Source: Patescibacteria group bacterium
GTDB taxonomy: Bacteria; Patescibacteriota; Minisyncoccia; Portnoybacterales; UBA2143
Assembly (NCBI GenBank): GCA_018830295.1
Contig: JAHJSM010000001.1
Coordinates: 257,980 to 321,979 of the forward strand
Reading direction: 5' to 3'
DNA length: 64,000 bases
Positions within the stretch are counted from its first letter, which is position 1. Each line of letters opens with the position of its first letter. Of the stretch, positions 55,489 to 64,000 are shown piece by piece. The notes beneath the pieces are model-generated. The model was given only the letters and a program-made list of their open reading frames with translations. It was not told where the DNA came from and did not search any database. Made by a program: the position numbers and the translations under genes.

Positions 55489-55702
55489 TTCTCTATTTTT
55501 TTATTAATTTAATTGTTGCATTTATTTTGTTTAATTGTTGCATTTTGCAACAATTATTCTGACAGAAATAAAAAACCGCGCTTCCCGAGAGGACACCCCT
55601 CGCGGCGAGGGGTGTCCTCGTATTGGAGAAACAAATAAAAAAACCGATGGTTGTTTTGGTTTTTATGCCCAACCATCGGTTTATTTTTCGCGCTATGCGC
55701 CG

Positions 55703-56029
55703 TTATTCTGTTTTGTAAAGCAAAACGAGACCGACCTTATCAAGCCCGTGAATAGCAAAATCAATGATTCTATCCTCTCGCTCGGGATAATCTTTCTTCC
55801 ACTGAGCATATCCTTCTCTTAATAATCTGTGGCTATGTCTATATATCGTCATTATTCCCAAGCCATCATCCTTATAAAGTCTTTCTTGTTTTTCTTGCGG
55901 TTTTTGTAATTCTGTATTCGCTGTTTTGGTTGTGTCAAGATAAAATGTAGCCACAACAATTATACCCAATATAGCTGAAACAACCGCTGCCCCAACAAAT
56001 CCATACGCTACTACTGTTTTTGCCTTCAT
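55703..56029 (-). CDS. membrane-anchored hypothetical protein
   Basis: 108 aa, N-terminal TM, AAGGAGG SD, terminator-like hairpin downstream. Confidence 0.7.
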   Translation of the reverse strand: MKAKTVVAYGFVGAAVVSAILGIIVVATFYLDTTKTANTELQKPQEKQERLYKDDGLGIMTIYRHSHRLLREGYAQWKKDYPEREDRIIDFAIHGLDKVGLVLLYKTE

Positions 56030-56139
56030 ATCCCCCTCCTTTTTCTTTTTATATTTTTATGTTAAAAATACCACTCCCAAATTAGCACGAAAACCAAAAC
56101 TTGTCAATAAAATTGGGTAATGTTGGCAGGAACGCCAAA

Positions 56140-56230
56140 AGAAATTAAAGGTCAGACCTTTCAAAACAACATTATCGCGATTGCTTATTATTTAGTGACA
56201 AACTGATAGAAAGGTCTGACCTTGATTTCT
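56140..56230. repeat. AGGTC-N-GACCT REP-like inverted pair
   Basis: aaggtcagacctttc ... gaaaggtctgacctt. Confidence 0.75.
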
Positions 56231-56285
56231 TAATTGAATTTCTTAAAATTGACAGCAATTTATGGTTTGATATACTTGAATTGTA

Positions 56286-58760
56286 ATGCGAAAGAAGAAG
56301 AGGAAAATTATTAGGGCTCTTTTTAGATTTGCCGTTTTTTGCGGGGTTTTTTTCGTTTTGGGAGTTGTTGGGATTTTCGCCTATTTTGCCAAAGACCTGC
56401 CCGACCCGTCTAAAATGGAGGAGCGGCAGATTGTTGAGTCAACGAAAATTTACGACCGAACGGGAGAAGTAATACTTTATGATATTCACGGAGAGGAAAA
56501 AAGAACAATTATTCCTTTCGAAGAAATTCCCCAATTCGTCAAAGACGCGACAGTTGCGATTGAAGATGATAATTTTTACCATCATTTTGGCGTTGATTGG
56601 AAAGGAATTTTGCGCGCGGCCTGGGCGAATTTAAATAAAAATAAAATCTCTCAAGGCGGTTCCACAATCACCCAGCAATTTATTAAAAACGCCTACTTGG
56701 GTGGCCCCATGGCGGAAAGAACTTATCCGCGAAAAATAAAGGAAGTTGTTTTGGCGGTGGAATTAGAAAGCAAATATACAAAAGACGAAATTTTGGGATT
56801 TTATTTAAACCAAGTCCCCTACGGCTCAAACGCTTACGGAGTTGAATCGGCGAGCCAAACATTCCTTAATAAATCAGCGCGAGATATAACGCTGGCGGAA
56901 GCGGCGATTTTAGCCGCCCTAACCCAAGCGCCCAGTTATTATTCCCCTTACGGCTCACACCCGGAAGAACTTAAAAACAGACAGGAATATGTTTTAGACC
57001 GAATGGTTAAATTCAACTATATCACCGAGGAGCAGGCGAAAATAGCAAAAGAAGAAAAAATAGAATATGTTGGGCGATTAGACCTTAAAGCGCATCATTT
57101 TGTCGCGATGGTTGAAGAATATTTAGAAGAAAAATACAGCGGAACTTATGCCGATATTAATAAGGCGGGCTTAAAGGTTCACACTACTTTAGACTGGGAT
57201 CTCCAACAATTAGCCGAAGAAGTCGTCAACGAAGGAGCTCTGGAAAATGAGAAAAGATACAACGCCGATAACGCCGCTTTAGTGGCGCTTGATCCAAAAA
57301 CTGGACAGGTTCTCGCTCTGGTCGGCTCAAAAAACTACGCCGAAGACCAATTTAATGTCGCCACTAGCCCTTACCGACAGCCCGGCTCTTCTTTTAAGCC
57401 GTTCGCTTACGCCGCCGCTTTCCAAAAGGGATTTAATCCTGAAAGTATTTTATTTGATCTGCCGACCAGTTTTGGCAAATTCGGACCAGGAGAAGGGACG
57501 GAATACGCGCCAAACAATTATGACTTAAAATTCAGAGGGCCGCTCACGATGAGGCAGGCGCTCGCCCAATCCATCAACCTTCCCGCCGTTAAAACACTTT
57601 ACCTTGCCGGCGTCAGCGAAACGATCAACTTAGCGCAAGATATGGGAATTACGACCCTTAAAGACAGAAAGCAATATGGCTTGTCTTTGGTTTTGGGGGG
57701 CGGCGAGGTTAAACTTATAGACGAAACCGCCGCTTATGGCGTTTTCGCCGCCGAAGGGGTTAGACATCAAACAAACTTTATTCTTAAAATAGAGGACGCG
57801 GAAGGAAATATTTTAGAAGAATACAAGGACAAAGCGACAAATGTTTTAGAGCAACAAATCGCCCTTCAAATTACTGACATTCTCTCGGACGAAGCGGCGC
57901 GCGCGCCCATGTTCGGCGCCAAATCAAATCTTTATACCGCAGACCTACCAACCGCCGCCAAAACAGGCACAACCCAGGACTACACGGACGGATGGACAAT
58001 CGGATACACCCCACGATTAGTCGTTGGCGTCTGGGCGGGAAACAACGATTTTACGGAAAAAATGAAAAAAGGCGCGGCCGGTCTCTATGTCGCCGCCCCG
58101 ATTTGGAATGAGTTTATAACAAAAGCGCATGAGACACAAAACATAGAAGTAGAAAATTTTACGGCGCCTAAACCAATCACGAGTAGCGCGATTCCTATGC
58201 TCAACGGGGAAATCGCGTATAATAATAAAGTTAAAATTGATAAAATTTCCAAAAAATTAGCCACAAATTTAACTCCTCCTGATTTAATTGAAGAACATAT
58301 TTATCAAGAAGTTCATTGCGTCCTTTATTACACCAACAAATCCGCCGAAGACCCTCAATTCCAAAATTGGGAAGGACCTGTTTTAGAATGGGCGAGAAAT
58401 CAACCCTGCGCTAAAGGCGTTTGTTATAACCAAAATCCCCCGACTCAATCTGACGACATTCATACAATAGAAAACCAGCCGAAAATAAAAATCACTTCGC
58501 CCGAGCAAAACGATTTAATTAGCCAGTCGGTTTTAACTATCCAAGCCGAAGCCGAAGCGTCTTTAGGGATTAAACAAACCGACTTCTTTTTTAATAACCA
58601 ATTAATCGGTTCTGACACAATTAAGCCATACTCCGTCAATTTCAACATTCTCCCCTATCTAACTAATTCCTCCACCCAAACAATCAAGGTCCGCGCCTAC
58701 GACACCGTCCTCAACAGACAAGAAGACGAGATAGAGATAAAGACGGTTTTTACGCCTTGA
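56286..58760 (+). CDS. class A penicillin-binding protein (PBP1A family)
   Basis: EDDNFY.H.G, QGGSTITQQ, SSFK, SIN, KTGT, C-terminal Ig-like domain. Confidence 0.95.
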   Translation: MRKKKRKIIRALFRFAVFCGVFFVLGVVGIFAYFAKDLPDPSKMEERQIVESTKIYDRTGEVILYDIHGEEKRTIIPFEEIPQFVKDATVAIEDDNFYHHFGVDWKGILRAAWANLNKNKISQGGSTITQQFIKNAYLGGPMAERTYPRKIKEVVLAVELESKYTKDEILGFYLNQVPYGSNAYGVESASQTFLNKSARDITLAEAAILAALTQAPSYYSPYGSHPEELKNRQEYVLDRMVKFNYITEEQAKIAKEEKIEYVGRLDLKAHHFVAMVEEYLEEKYSGTYADINKAGLKVHTTLDWDLQQLAEEVVNEGALENEKRYNADNAALVALDPKTGQVLALVGSKNYAEDQFNVATSPYRQPGSSFKPFAYAAAFQKGFNPESILFDLPTSFGKFGPGEGTEYAPNNYDLKFRGPLTMRQALAQSINLPAVKTLYLAGVSETINLAQDMGITTLKDRKQYGLSLVLGGGEVKLIDETAAYGVFAAEGVRHQTNFILKIEDAEGNILEEYKDKATNVLEQQIALQITDILSDEAARAPMFGAKSNLYTADLPTAAKTGTTQDYTDGWTIGYTPRLVVGVWAGNNDFTEKMKKGAAGLYVAAPIWNEFITKAHETQNIEVENFTAPKPITSSAIPMLNGEIAYNNKVKIDKISKKLATNLTPPDLIEEHIYQEVHCVLYYTNKSAEDPQFQNWEGPVLEWARNQPCAKGVCYNQNPPTQSDDIHTIENQPKIKITSPEQNDLISQSVLTIQAEAEASLGIKQTDFFFNNQLIGSDTIKPYSVNFNILPYLTNSSTQTIKVRAYDTVLNRQEDEIEIKTVFTP

Positions 58761-59850
58761 TTGGCATTATAACATAAGTATAGCTAATATCTCCAAAGGG
58801 TCTGACTACTACTGGTTTTGTGTCGGCATTTAGTCCTATAATTACTTTGTCGCTGAAAATATTATTTAACCCATCTAAGAAATAGCGGGAATTTAATATT
58901 ATATCCAAACCCTTTCCTTCAATTTTCGCTTCTAATTGCGACTTGTTTTCTCCAATATCTCCGCTCTTCGCGGAAACCTCTATTATTGATTTGTCGGGCT
59001 TGATTGAAAAATTAATATTATTATTTTTCTCGCTAAACAAACTGGCGATTTTAATATTATTAATTAATTCTGCCTTATTAACCACAACCTGGGTTATAAA
59101 TTTATTTGGGATAATCTGTTGATAATCTGGGTATTGACCATCTATTAACCTGGAGATAATTTGAACATCGCCTAAATCAAATAAAACCTGATTATGAGAC
59201 AAAATAATATCCACATCAATATCATCTTCCCCTAAAATCCTAATCAACTCTTGAACTGTTTTTTGGGGGATAATAATAAACTGCTTGTTTAATTTTTTAT
59301 CATTAATTTCAATGTTTTTTTCAGCCAAACGAAAACTATCAGTCGCGGCTAATTTAATTGAATTATTATTAAATTCCATATAAACGCCTGATATTTCTGG
59401 ACGCGATTCAGAAAAAGAAACCATATCCACAACTTGCGCGAAATTATTTTTCAAAACACTTCCTTTTATTTTTATTAAAGGACTGTCGGTAATTTTAGGA
59501 ATAATTGGAAAATCATCAGAACTTAAGCCATTAATAACTGACTTATAATTCTCGCATTTAACCTCTAATTGGTTATTTTTTGTTTTAAGTAATATTTTTT
59601 TATTAGGCAAGTTATTCACAAAACTGCTAATTAATTTAGCCGGCACGGTAATACTGCCCTCTTTTTCAATCTTCCCGCTTAACCAGCAATTAATCCCTAT
59701 TTCTAAATTAGTTGAAGATATTTTTAGTTTATTTTTTTCGGTGGATAAAAGTATATTATTTAAAATAGGTAAAGTTAAACTTCTGCCTATAATTCTTTCG
59801 GCGATATTTAAAACCTTTTTAAAATTTTCTTGAAGACAAATTAATTGCAT
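58750..59850 (-). CDS. dnaN: DNA polymerase III beta clamp
   Basis: LPILNN, TNLE, ATDSFRLA, SRLIDGQYPDY, VIMPI. Confidence 0.97.
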   Translation of the reverse strand: MQLICLQENFKKVLNIAERIIGRSLTLPILNNILLSTEKNKLKISSTNLEIGINCWLSGKIEKEGSITVPAKLISSFVNNLPNKKILLKTKNNQLEVKCENYKSVINGLSSDDFPIIPKITDSPLIKIKGSVLKNNFAQVVDMVSFSESRPEISGVYMEFNNNSIKLAATDSFRLAEKNIEINDKKLNKQFIIIPQKTVQELIRILGEDDIDVDIILSHNQVLFDLGDVQIISRLIDGQYPDYQQIIPNKFITQVVVNKAELINNIKIASLFSEKNNNINFSIKPDKSIIEVSAKSGDIGENKSQLEAKIEGKGLDIILNSRYFLDGLNNIFSDKVIIGLNADTKPVVVRPFGDISYTYVIMPIKA

Positions 59851-60037
59851 ATTTTTTAGTTTATTTTTTTATTTAACAACTCTTATAATTATTATAATTT
59901 AATTAAATTTATAATCATTATCATTAGGACTGTGGAAAACTGGATAACTTATTTTTTTGGCTTGTTTATTATATTTATTAAGTAATTTTTATTGAATAAT
60001 TTGTGGATATTATGATATTTATTATGTGGATAAAATG
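59851..60037. other. oriC unwinding region (dnaA-dnaN intergenic)
   Basis: AT-rich tract, NAN trios at 59910-27, DnaA boxes at 59931, 60002 and 60025 (perfect TGTGGATAA); skew appears to flip nearby. Confidence 0.85.
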
Positions 60038-61396
60038 TTAATTATATAGCCGTTCTTTGATTAAATCTATCTCCTGTTGAAAAGACGAATTATTTTTTAA
60101 TGCATTGTCTATTTTTTGGCAAGCATACATTACGGTTGTGTGGTCGCGACCGCCGACTTTTTCACCAATAAAAGGATAAGACCCGCTTAATTCTTTTCTA
60201 ATTAAATACATACTAATTTGGCGTGGTTGGACTAATTCTTTTTTTCTTGAACGGTTAATTAAATCACTAATATTAATATCATAAAATTCAGCCACTGTTT
60301 TAATTATATTTTTATAATTTGTTGTTTTTTGAGGGGGGTTAATAATTTGAGAAAGTATTTTAGAAGCGCCTTCTAGTGTAGGAATAGTGTTATTTAATTG
60401 AGAATAAGCGATGACGCGGTTAAGCGCCCCTTCTAATTCTCTAATATTTCTTTGGACATTTGTGGCGATATAAGTTAAAACATCTTCGGAAATTTTAAAT
60501 TCCTTCTCTTTTGTTTTGTTTTTTAAAATAGCTATTCTTGTTTCTAAATCAGGATAACTAATATCAGCGATCATTCCTCCTTCAAAACGCGAACGAAGCC
60601 GATCTTCTAATGTGGAAATCGCGCTTGGTTGTCTATCGGAAGTAATAATAATTTGCTTGTTTTTCTGATAAAGATAATTAAATGTATGAAAAAATTCTTC
60701 TTGAGTTTTTTCTTTGCCGGCGATAAACTGAATATCATCCATAATTAAAACATCTATTTTGCGATATTTATCTTTAAAACTATCCATCCCCTTTTTTCTA
60801 ATAGCATTAATTAATTCGTTGGTAAATTTTTCAGAACTTAAGTATTTTACTTTTTTAGGCGGATTTTTTTTTATTAAATGATTTCCAATTGCCTGCATAA
60901 GGTGGGTTTTACCTAACCCTACTCCTCCATAGACAAAAAGGGGGTTATAGAGTGTTCCAAGATTTTTAGTAATTGCTCTACCCGCCGCTTGGGCTAATTC
61001 ATTAAAAGAACCAATAACAAAATTATCAAAAGTATATTTAGGATTTAAGTTTGTTTCTTTATTAATAGAAAACTCTTGAAAATTAAGTTGGCTTCCGATT
61101 GAATCGGGAATTCGAATCGTTTCGTTTTTAGAATCGTCGTTTATCTGTTTTGCTTTGCCGATAATAAAATTAACCTCTTTAATGTCGGTTGAATTATCGC
61201 GAAGAATTTTTAAAATAAGTTTATTATACTTATTTTCCAGCCACTCTTTGGTAAATCCATTTGGCGCGCTCACAGTAATTAACCCTTCTTTTTGGGAATC
61301 AATCTTGGTGTCTCTAAACCAAGTAATAAAACTTGCTTTAGAAATATTTAATTCAACCTCGCCTAAGACGGTTTGCCAGAGTTCTTTTAAGTTCAT
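60038..61396 (-). CDS. dnaA: chromosomal replication initiator
   Basis: YTFDNFV, YNPLF.YG..GLGKTHL, DDIQF, RELEGAL, GGRDHTTV. Confidence 0.98.
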   Translation of the reverse strand: MNLKELWQTVLGEVELNISKASFITWFRDTKIDSQKEGLITVSAPNGFTKEWLENKYNKLILKILRDNSTDIKEVNFIIGKAKQINDDSKNETIRIPDSIGSQLNFQEFSINKETNLNPKYTFDNFVIGSFNELAQAAGRAITKNLGTLYNPLFVYGGVGLGKTHLMQAIGNHLIKKNPPKKVKYLSSEKFTNELINAIRKKGMDSFKDKYRKIDVLIMDDIQFIAGKEKTQEEFFHTFNYLYQKNKQIIITSDRQPSAISTLEDRLRSRFEGGMIADISYPDLETRIAILKNKTKEKEFKISEDVLTYIATNVQRNIRELEGALNRVIAYSQLNNTIPTLEGASKILSQIINPPQKTTNYKNIIKTVAEFYDINISDLINRSRKKELVQPRQISMYLIRKELSGSYPFIGEKVGGRDHTTVMYACQKIDNALKNNSSFQQEIDLIKERLYN

Positions 61397-61468
61397 AATG
61401 ATTATAAAATAATTTAAACTTATTATAGCACAAGCAAGAAATTTATAAAATACAAAAAAAGATGATTT

Positions 61469-61499
61469 TGTTAATAATATGTTAATAATATGTGGAAAA
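61469..61499. promoter_or_regulatory. DnaA-box-like cluster upstream of dnaA
   Basis: tgttaataa, tgttaataa, tgtggaaaa at 11-bp spacing. Confidence 0.6.
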
Positions 61500-61568
61500 G
61501 TTTATTGTTGGATTTATCTATTGTATTTGACTATGCCTGTTTGAGGTGTTATCCTAAATTAAAAAAAT

Positions 61569-61703
61569 ATGTCTATTACTTATCAACCAAAAAAGAATAA
61601 AAGAAAGAAAACAAGCGGGTTTAGAAAAAGAATGTCCACACAAATGGGCAAGAAAGTTTTGTCTAATAGAAGAGGAAAAAAGAGAAAAAAACTAACCGCG
61701 TAA
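61569..61703 (+). CDS. rpmH: 50S ribosomal protein L34 (below the ORF-track cutoff)
   Basis: [44 protein letters not shown]. Confidence 0.95.
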   Translation: MSITYQPKKNKRKKTSGFRKRMSTQMGKKVLSNRRGKKRKKLTA

Positions 61704-61715
61704 TTAATTCGGCGC

Positions 61716-62054
61716 ATGTTACCCAAAGAACATAAACTAAAAAAGAAAAACGATTTTAAGGCAGTATTTAACAACGGAAGATATTGTCAGAAGAGTTTTA
61801 TTAAATTAAAATTTGCGAAAAACAACCTTCAAAAAAATCGCTTTGGGTTTATTGTGGGATTAAAAGTATCTAAAAAAGCGGTGGAAAGAAACCAAATTAA
61901 ACGGCGACTAGAAGAAATAACGCGGCTAATTTTTAATGAATTAAAGCAAGGGTTTGATGTTGTAGTTATGGTTGACCCCGTAATTAAAGAAAAAATATAC
62001 AGCGAGATTAAAGAAGAATTAGTAGGATTATATAAAAAAGTTATATGGAAATAA
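61716..62054 (+). CDS. rnpA: RNase P protein component
   Basis: RFGFIVGLKVSKKAVERNQIKRR. Confidence 0.95.
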   Translation: MLPKEHKLKKKNDFKAVFNNGRYCQKSFIKLKFAKNNLQKNRFGFIVGLKVSKKAVERNQIKRRLEEITRLIFNELKQGFDVVVMVDPVIKEKIYSEIKEELVGLYKKVIWK

Positions 62055-62746
62055 TAGTAAAAATATTTGATCAAGTTCTTTATCTTCCTTTATTAAACGC
62101 CTTAATTTGGATATATAACATCCTTCCTTTTCGCGATTTAGGAATAGCGATTGTTATTTTAACTATTATCATCCGCTTTATTCTCTATCCTCTTTCTAAA
62201 AAAGCCATCCAGTCGCAAAAAGCGATGGCTAAGCTGCAGCCAGACATTAAAGAGGTTCAGAAAAAATTTAAAGACAAAGAAGAGCAAGCGAAACAGATGA
62301 TGCTTTTGTATAAAAAGCATAAAATTAATCCAGCGGCTGGTTGTTTGCCTATTTTAGTTCAATTCCCAGTTTTAATCGCGTTATACAGAGTTTTTTTCAC
62401 AGGTCTTAATCTTGAAAACATGAATAATCTTTACGGATTTATTCAAAAACCAGAAACGCTTAACTTTATGTTTTTAGGACTAATTGACCTTTCTCAAAGA
62501 AGTATTTTTTTAGCTCTTTTGGCAGGCGGACTACAGTTTGTTCAATCAAAGATGATTATGCCGCAAAAAAGCGTTGGGCAAAAAAGTAAGGGTTCAGATA
62601 TGGCTTCTATGATGGGCCAGCAAATGATGTATTTTATGCCCATCATCACTGTTTTTATCGCTTGGAGATTGCCAGCCGCCCTTCCTCTTTATTGGGTAGT
62701 GATTACTCTTTTCGGAATTATCCAACAACATTTTACAAAAACATGA
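62045..62746 (+). CDS. yidC: membrane protein insertase YidC
   Basis: AIVILTIIIR, NP.AGCLP.LVQ.P, LYW. Confidence 0.95.
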   Translation: MEIIVKIFDQVLYLPLLNALIWIYNILPFRDLGIAIVILTIIIRFILYPLSKKAIQSQKAMAKLQPDIKEVQKKFKDKEEQAKQMMLLYKKHKINPAAGCLPILVQFPVLIALYRVFFTGLNLENMNNLYGFIQKPETLNFMFLGLIDLSQRSIFLALLAGGLQFVQSKMIMPQKSVGQKSKGSDMASMMGQQMMYFMPIITVFIAWRLPAALPLYWVVITLFGIIQQHFTKT

Positions 62747-63201
62747 CAAACACAAACAATATTATCAAAGAAACAGTGGAGGAATTGTTGAGAAAAATGA
62801 GTTTTGAGGGCGAGGTTGATATTGATTCTTTTAATAAGGATGATGTTTTAGCGAACATTCAAACCAAACAAGCGGGATATTTAATCGGGCAGTCGGGGGC
62901 CAATTTGGATGCTTTGCAATTTTTAGCGAGGATTGTCGTAAACAAGAGAAACGAAGAGCCAATTCATTTTATTTTAGATGTTAATTCTTATCGCAAAAGC
63001 AGAATAGAATCATTAAGGGATTTGGCTAATAATATCGCCCAAAAAACATTATCAGACCAGGTGTCGGTCACTCTCCGCCCAATGCCCGCTTACGAGAGAA
63101 GGATTATTCATTTGGTTCTGGCTGAAAATTTGGATATTAGCACGGAAAGCGTTGGCGAAGGCGCGGAAAGAAGAATTGTTGTAAAACCCGCGAATTATTA
63201 A
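62743..63201 (+). CDS. jag: Jag/EloR KH-R3H protein
   Basis: LIG..G..LDALQ, PM..YERRIIH, S.GEG..RR. Confidence 0.9.
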   Translation: MTNTNNIIKETVEELLRKMSFEGEVDIDSFNKDDVLANIQTKQAGYLIGQSGANLDALQFLARIVVNKRNEEPIHFILDVNSYRKSRIESLRDLANNIAQKTLSDQVSVTLRPMPAYERRIIHLVLAENLDISTESVGEGAERRIVVKPANY

Positions 63202-63214
63202 GAACATAGAACAT

Positions 63215-63484
63215 ATGCTTATTAACGCTAAAAAAATTATTGGAAATAAAGTTTTTAGCCAAAACGGTTCTTCTTTGGGCAGAGTTACTGATTTTCAAGT
63301 GGATGTCTCCGGACAGAATATTGTTAAATATTTCGTTTCAGGGGACTTTTTTAATTTAATCAAAGAGCCGTTAATTATCGACGCTAGTCAAATTATTGAG
63401 ATCAAAAAAGACAGAATTATAGTTGAAGACGCGGCTATTCCAGAGAAAGAAAAAGCGCCTTCTGTGGTTGAGTATGCTAAGTAG
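63215..63484 (+). CDS. PRC-barrel domain protein
   Basis: IIG.KV....G..LGRV.D. Confidence 0.8.
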   Translation: MLINAKKIIGNKVFSQNGSSLGRVTDFQVDVSGQNIVKYFVSGDFFNLIKEPLIIDASQIIEIKKDRIIVEDAAIPEKEKAPSVVEYAK

Positions 63485-64000
63485 AAAAATAGCTTACAAC
63501 ACGATTATTTCGGCGGGGGCTAGGATTATTGGACTAGCTCTTTCTTTAATAACGGTTGGTTTAATTGCTCGTTATTTAGGACAAGTTCAGTTTGGCTATT
63601 ACGCGACCATTTTGGCTTTCCTTTATTTTTTTAATGTTTTGGCGGATTTAGGGCTTTATTCGGTTTGTTTGAGGGATATTTCTAGAATTGGAGCAGATGA
63701 GAAGAAAATAGTCAGCAACGCTTTTTCGTTGCGATTTTTTGCCGGCTTGTTTTTTTTAGGACTTGCTCCTGTGGTTGTTTATTTTTTTCCTTATCCTGAA
63801 CAGGTTAAAATTGGGGTTTTAATCGGGGCAATTGGTTTCTGGGCTCTTTCAAATCAACAGGTTTTAGTGGGTGTTTTCCAAAAACATTTAAAAATGGATC
63901 GGATTATCGCGGGTGAATTGCTTGGGCGGCTGACACAGTTGGGGTTGGTCGTTTTTTTTATTTGGCGCGATTTTGGCTTTTTGCCGATTGTCGCCGCTTT
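63474..64000 (+). CDS. Wzx-like polysaccharide flippase (3'-truncated by the window edge)
   Basis: MLSRKIAYNT...ARYLG...FG.Y......ADLGL; frame appears open to the window end. Confidence 0.85.
   Translation, partial: MLSRKIAYNTIISAGARIIGLALSLITVGLIARYLGQVQFGYYATILAFLYFFNVLADLGLYSVCLRDISRIGADEKKIVSNAFSLRFFAGLFFLGLAPVVVYFFPYPEQVKIGVLIGAIGFWALSNQQVLVGVFQKHLKMDRIIAGELLGRLTQLGLVVFFIWRDFGFLPIVAA

Noticed and set aside
3416-62074. Numerous 60-170 aa ORFs antisense to or nested in housekeeping genes
   Set aside because: They are shadow frames with no recognisable motifs or initiation signals.
1-64000. CRISPR array, reverse transcriptase/DGR, prophage or IS transposase
   Set aside because: No regularly spaced repeats and no ORF with the relevant motifs were seen.

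Overview
Chromosomal window from a small-genome bacterium. The gene set and style suggest Patescibacteria/CPR (Parcubacteria-like); this is inferred, not proven. It ends across the replication origin (dnaN-oriC-dnaA | rpmH-rnpA-yidC-jag) and is mostly housekeeping: lepB, pth, dprA, topA, rel, parAB, five aminoacyl-tRNA synthetases, smpB-tmRNA, infC-rpmI-rplT, holA, ruvB/ruvC, ychF and PBP1A. Two accessory islands stand out. (1) 15.3-17.8 kb, between rsmI and metG: an integron-like locus. It has an IntI-like tyrosine recombinase lacking the integron I2 insertion, a lox/dif-like attI, and two divergent cassette-like genes separated by a branched attC-like hairpin. It is capped by an aberrant tRNA-like gene (G3:U70, 11-nt anticodon loop) and a separately promoted ~63-nt sRNA whose 5' end is perfectly antisense (16 nt) to that anticodon arm. 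(2) 32.4-37.7 kb: a defence island with a Type IIG RM enzyme, a HEPN-like protein and a LexA/S24-like protein coupled to MazF. The window also holds two orphan structured-RNA candidates, several REP-like palindrome families (some read in-frame inside essential genes), a tandem two-ATPase PilB/GspE and signs of widespread leaderless initiation. All calls come from reading the sequence by eye; no searches or folding programs were run.
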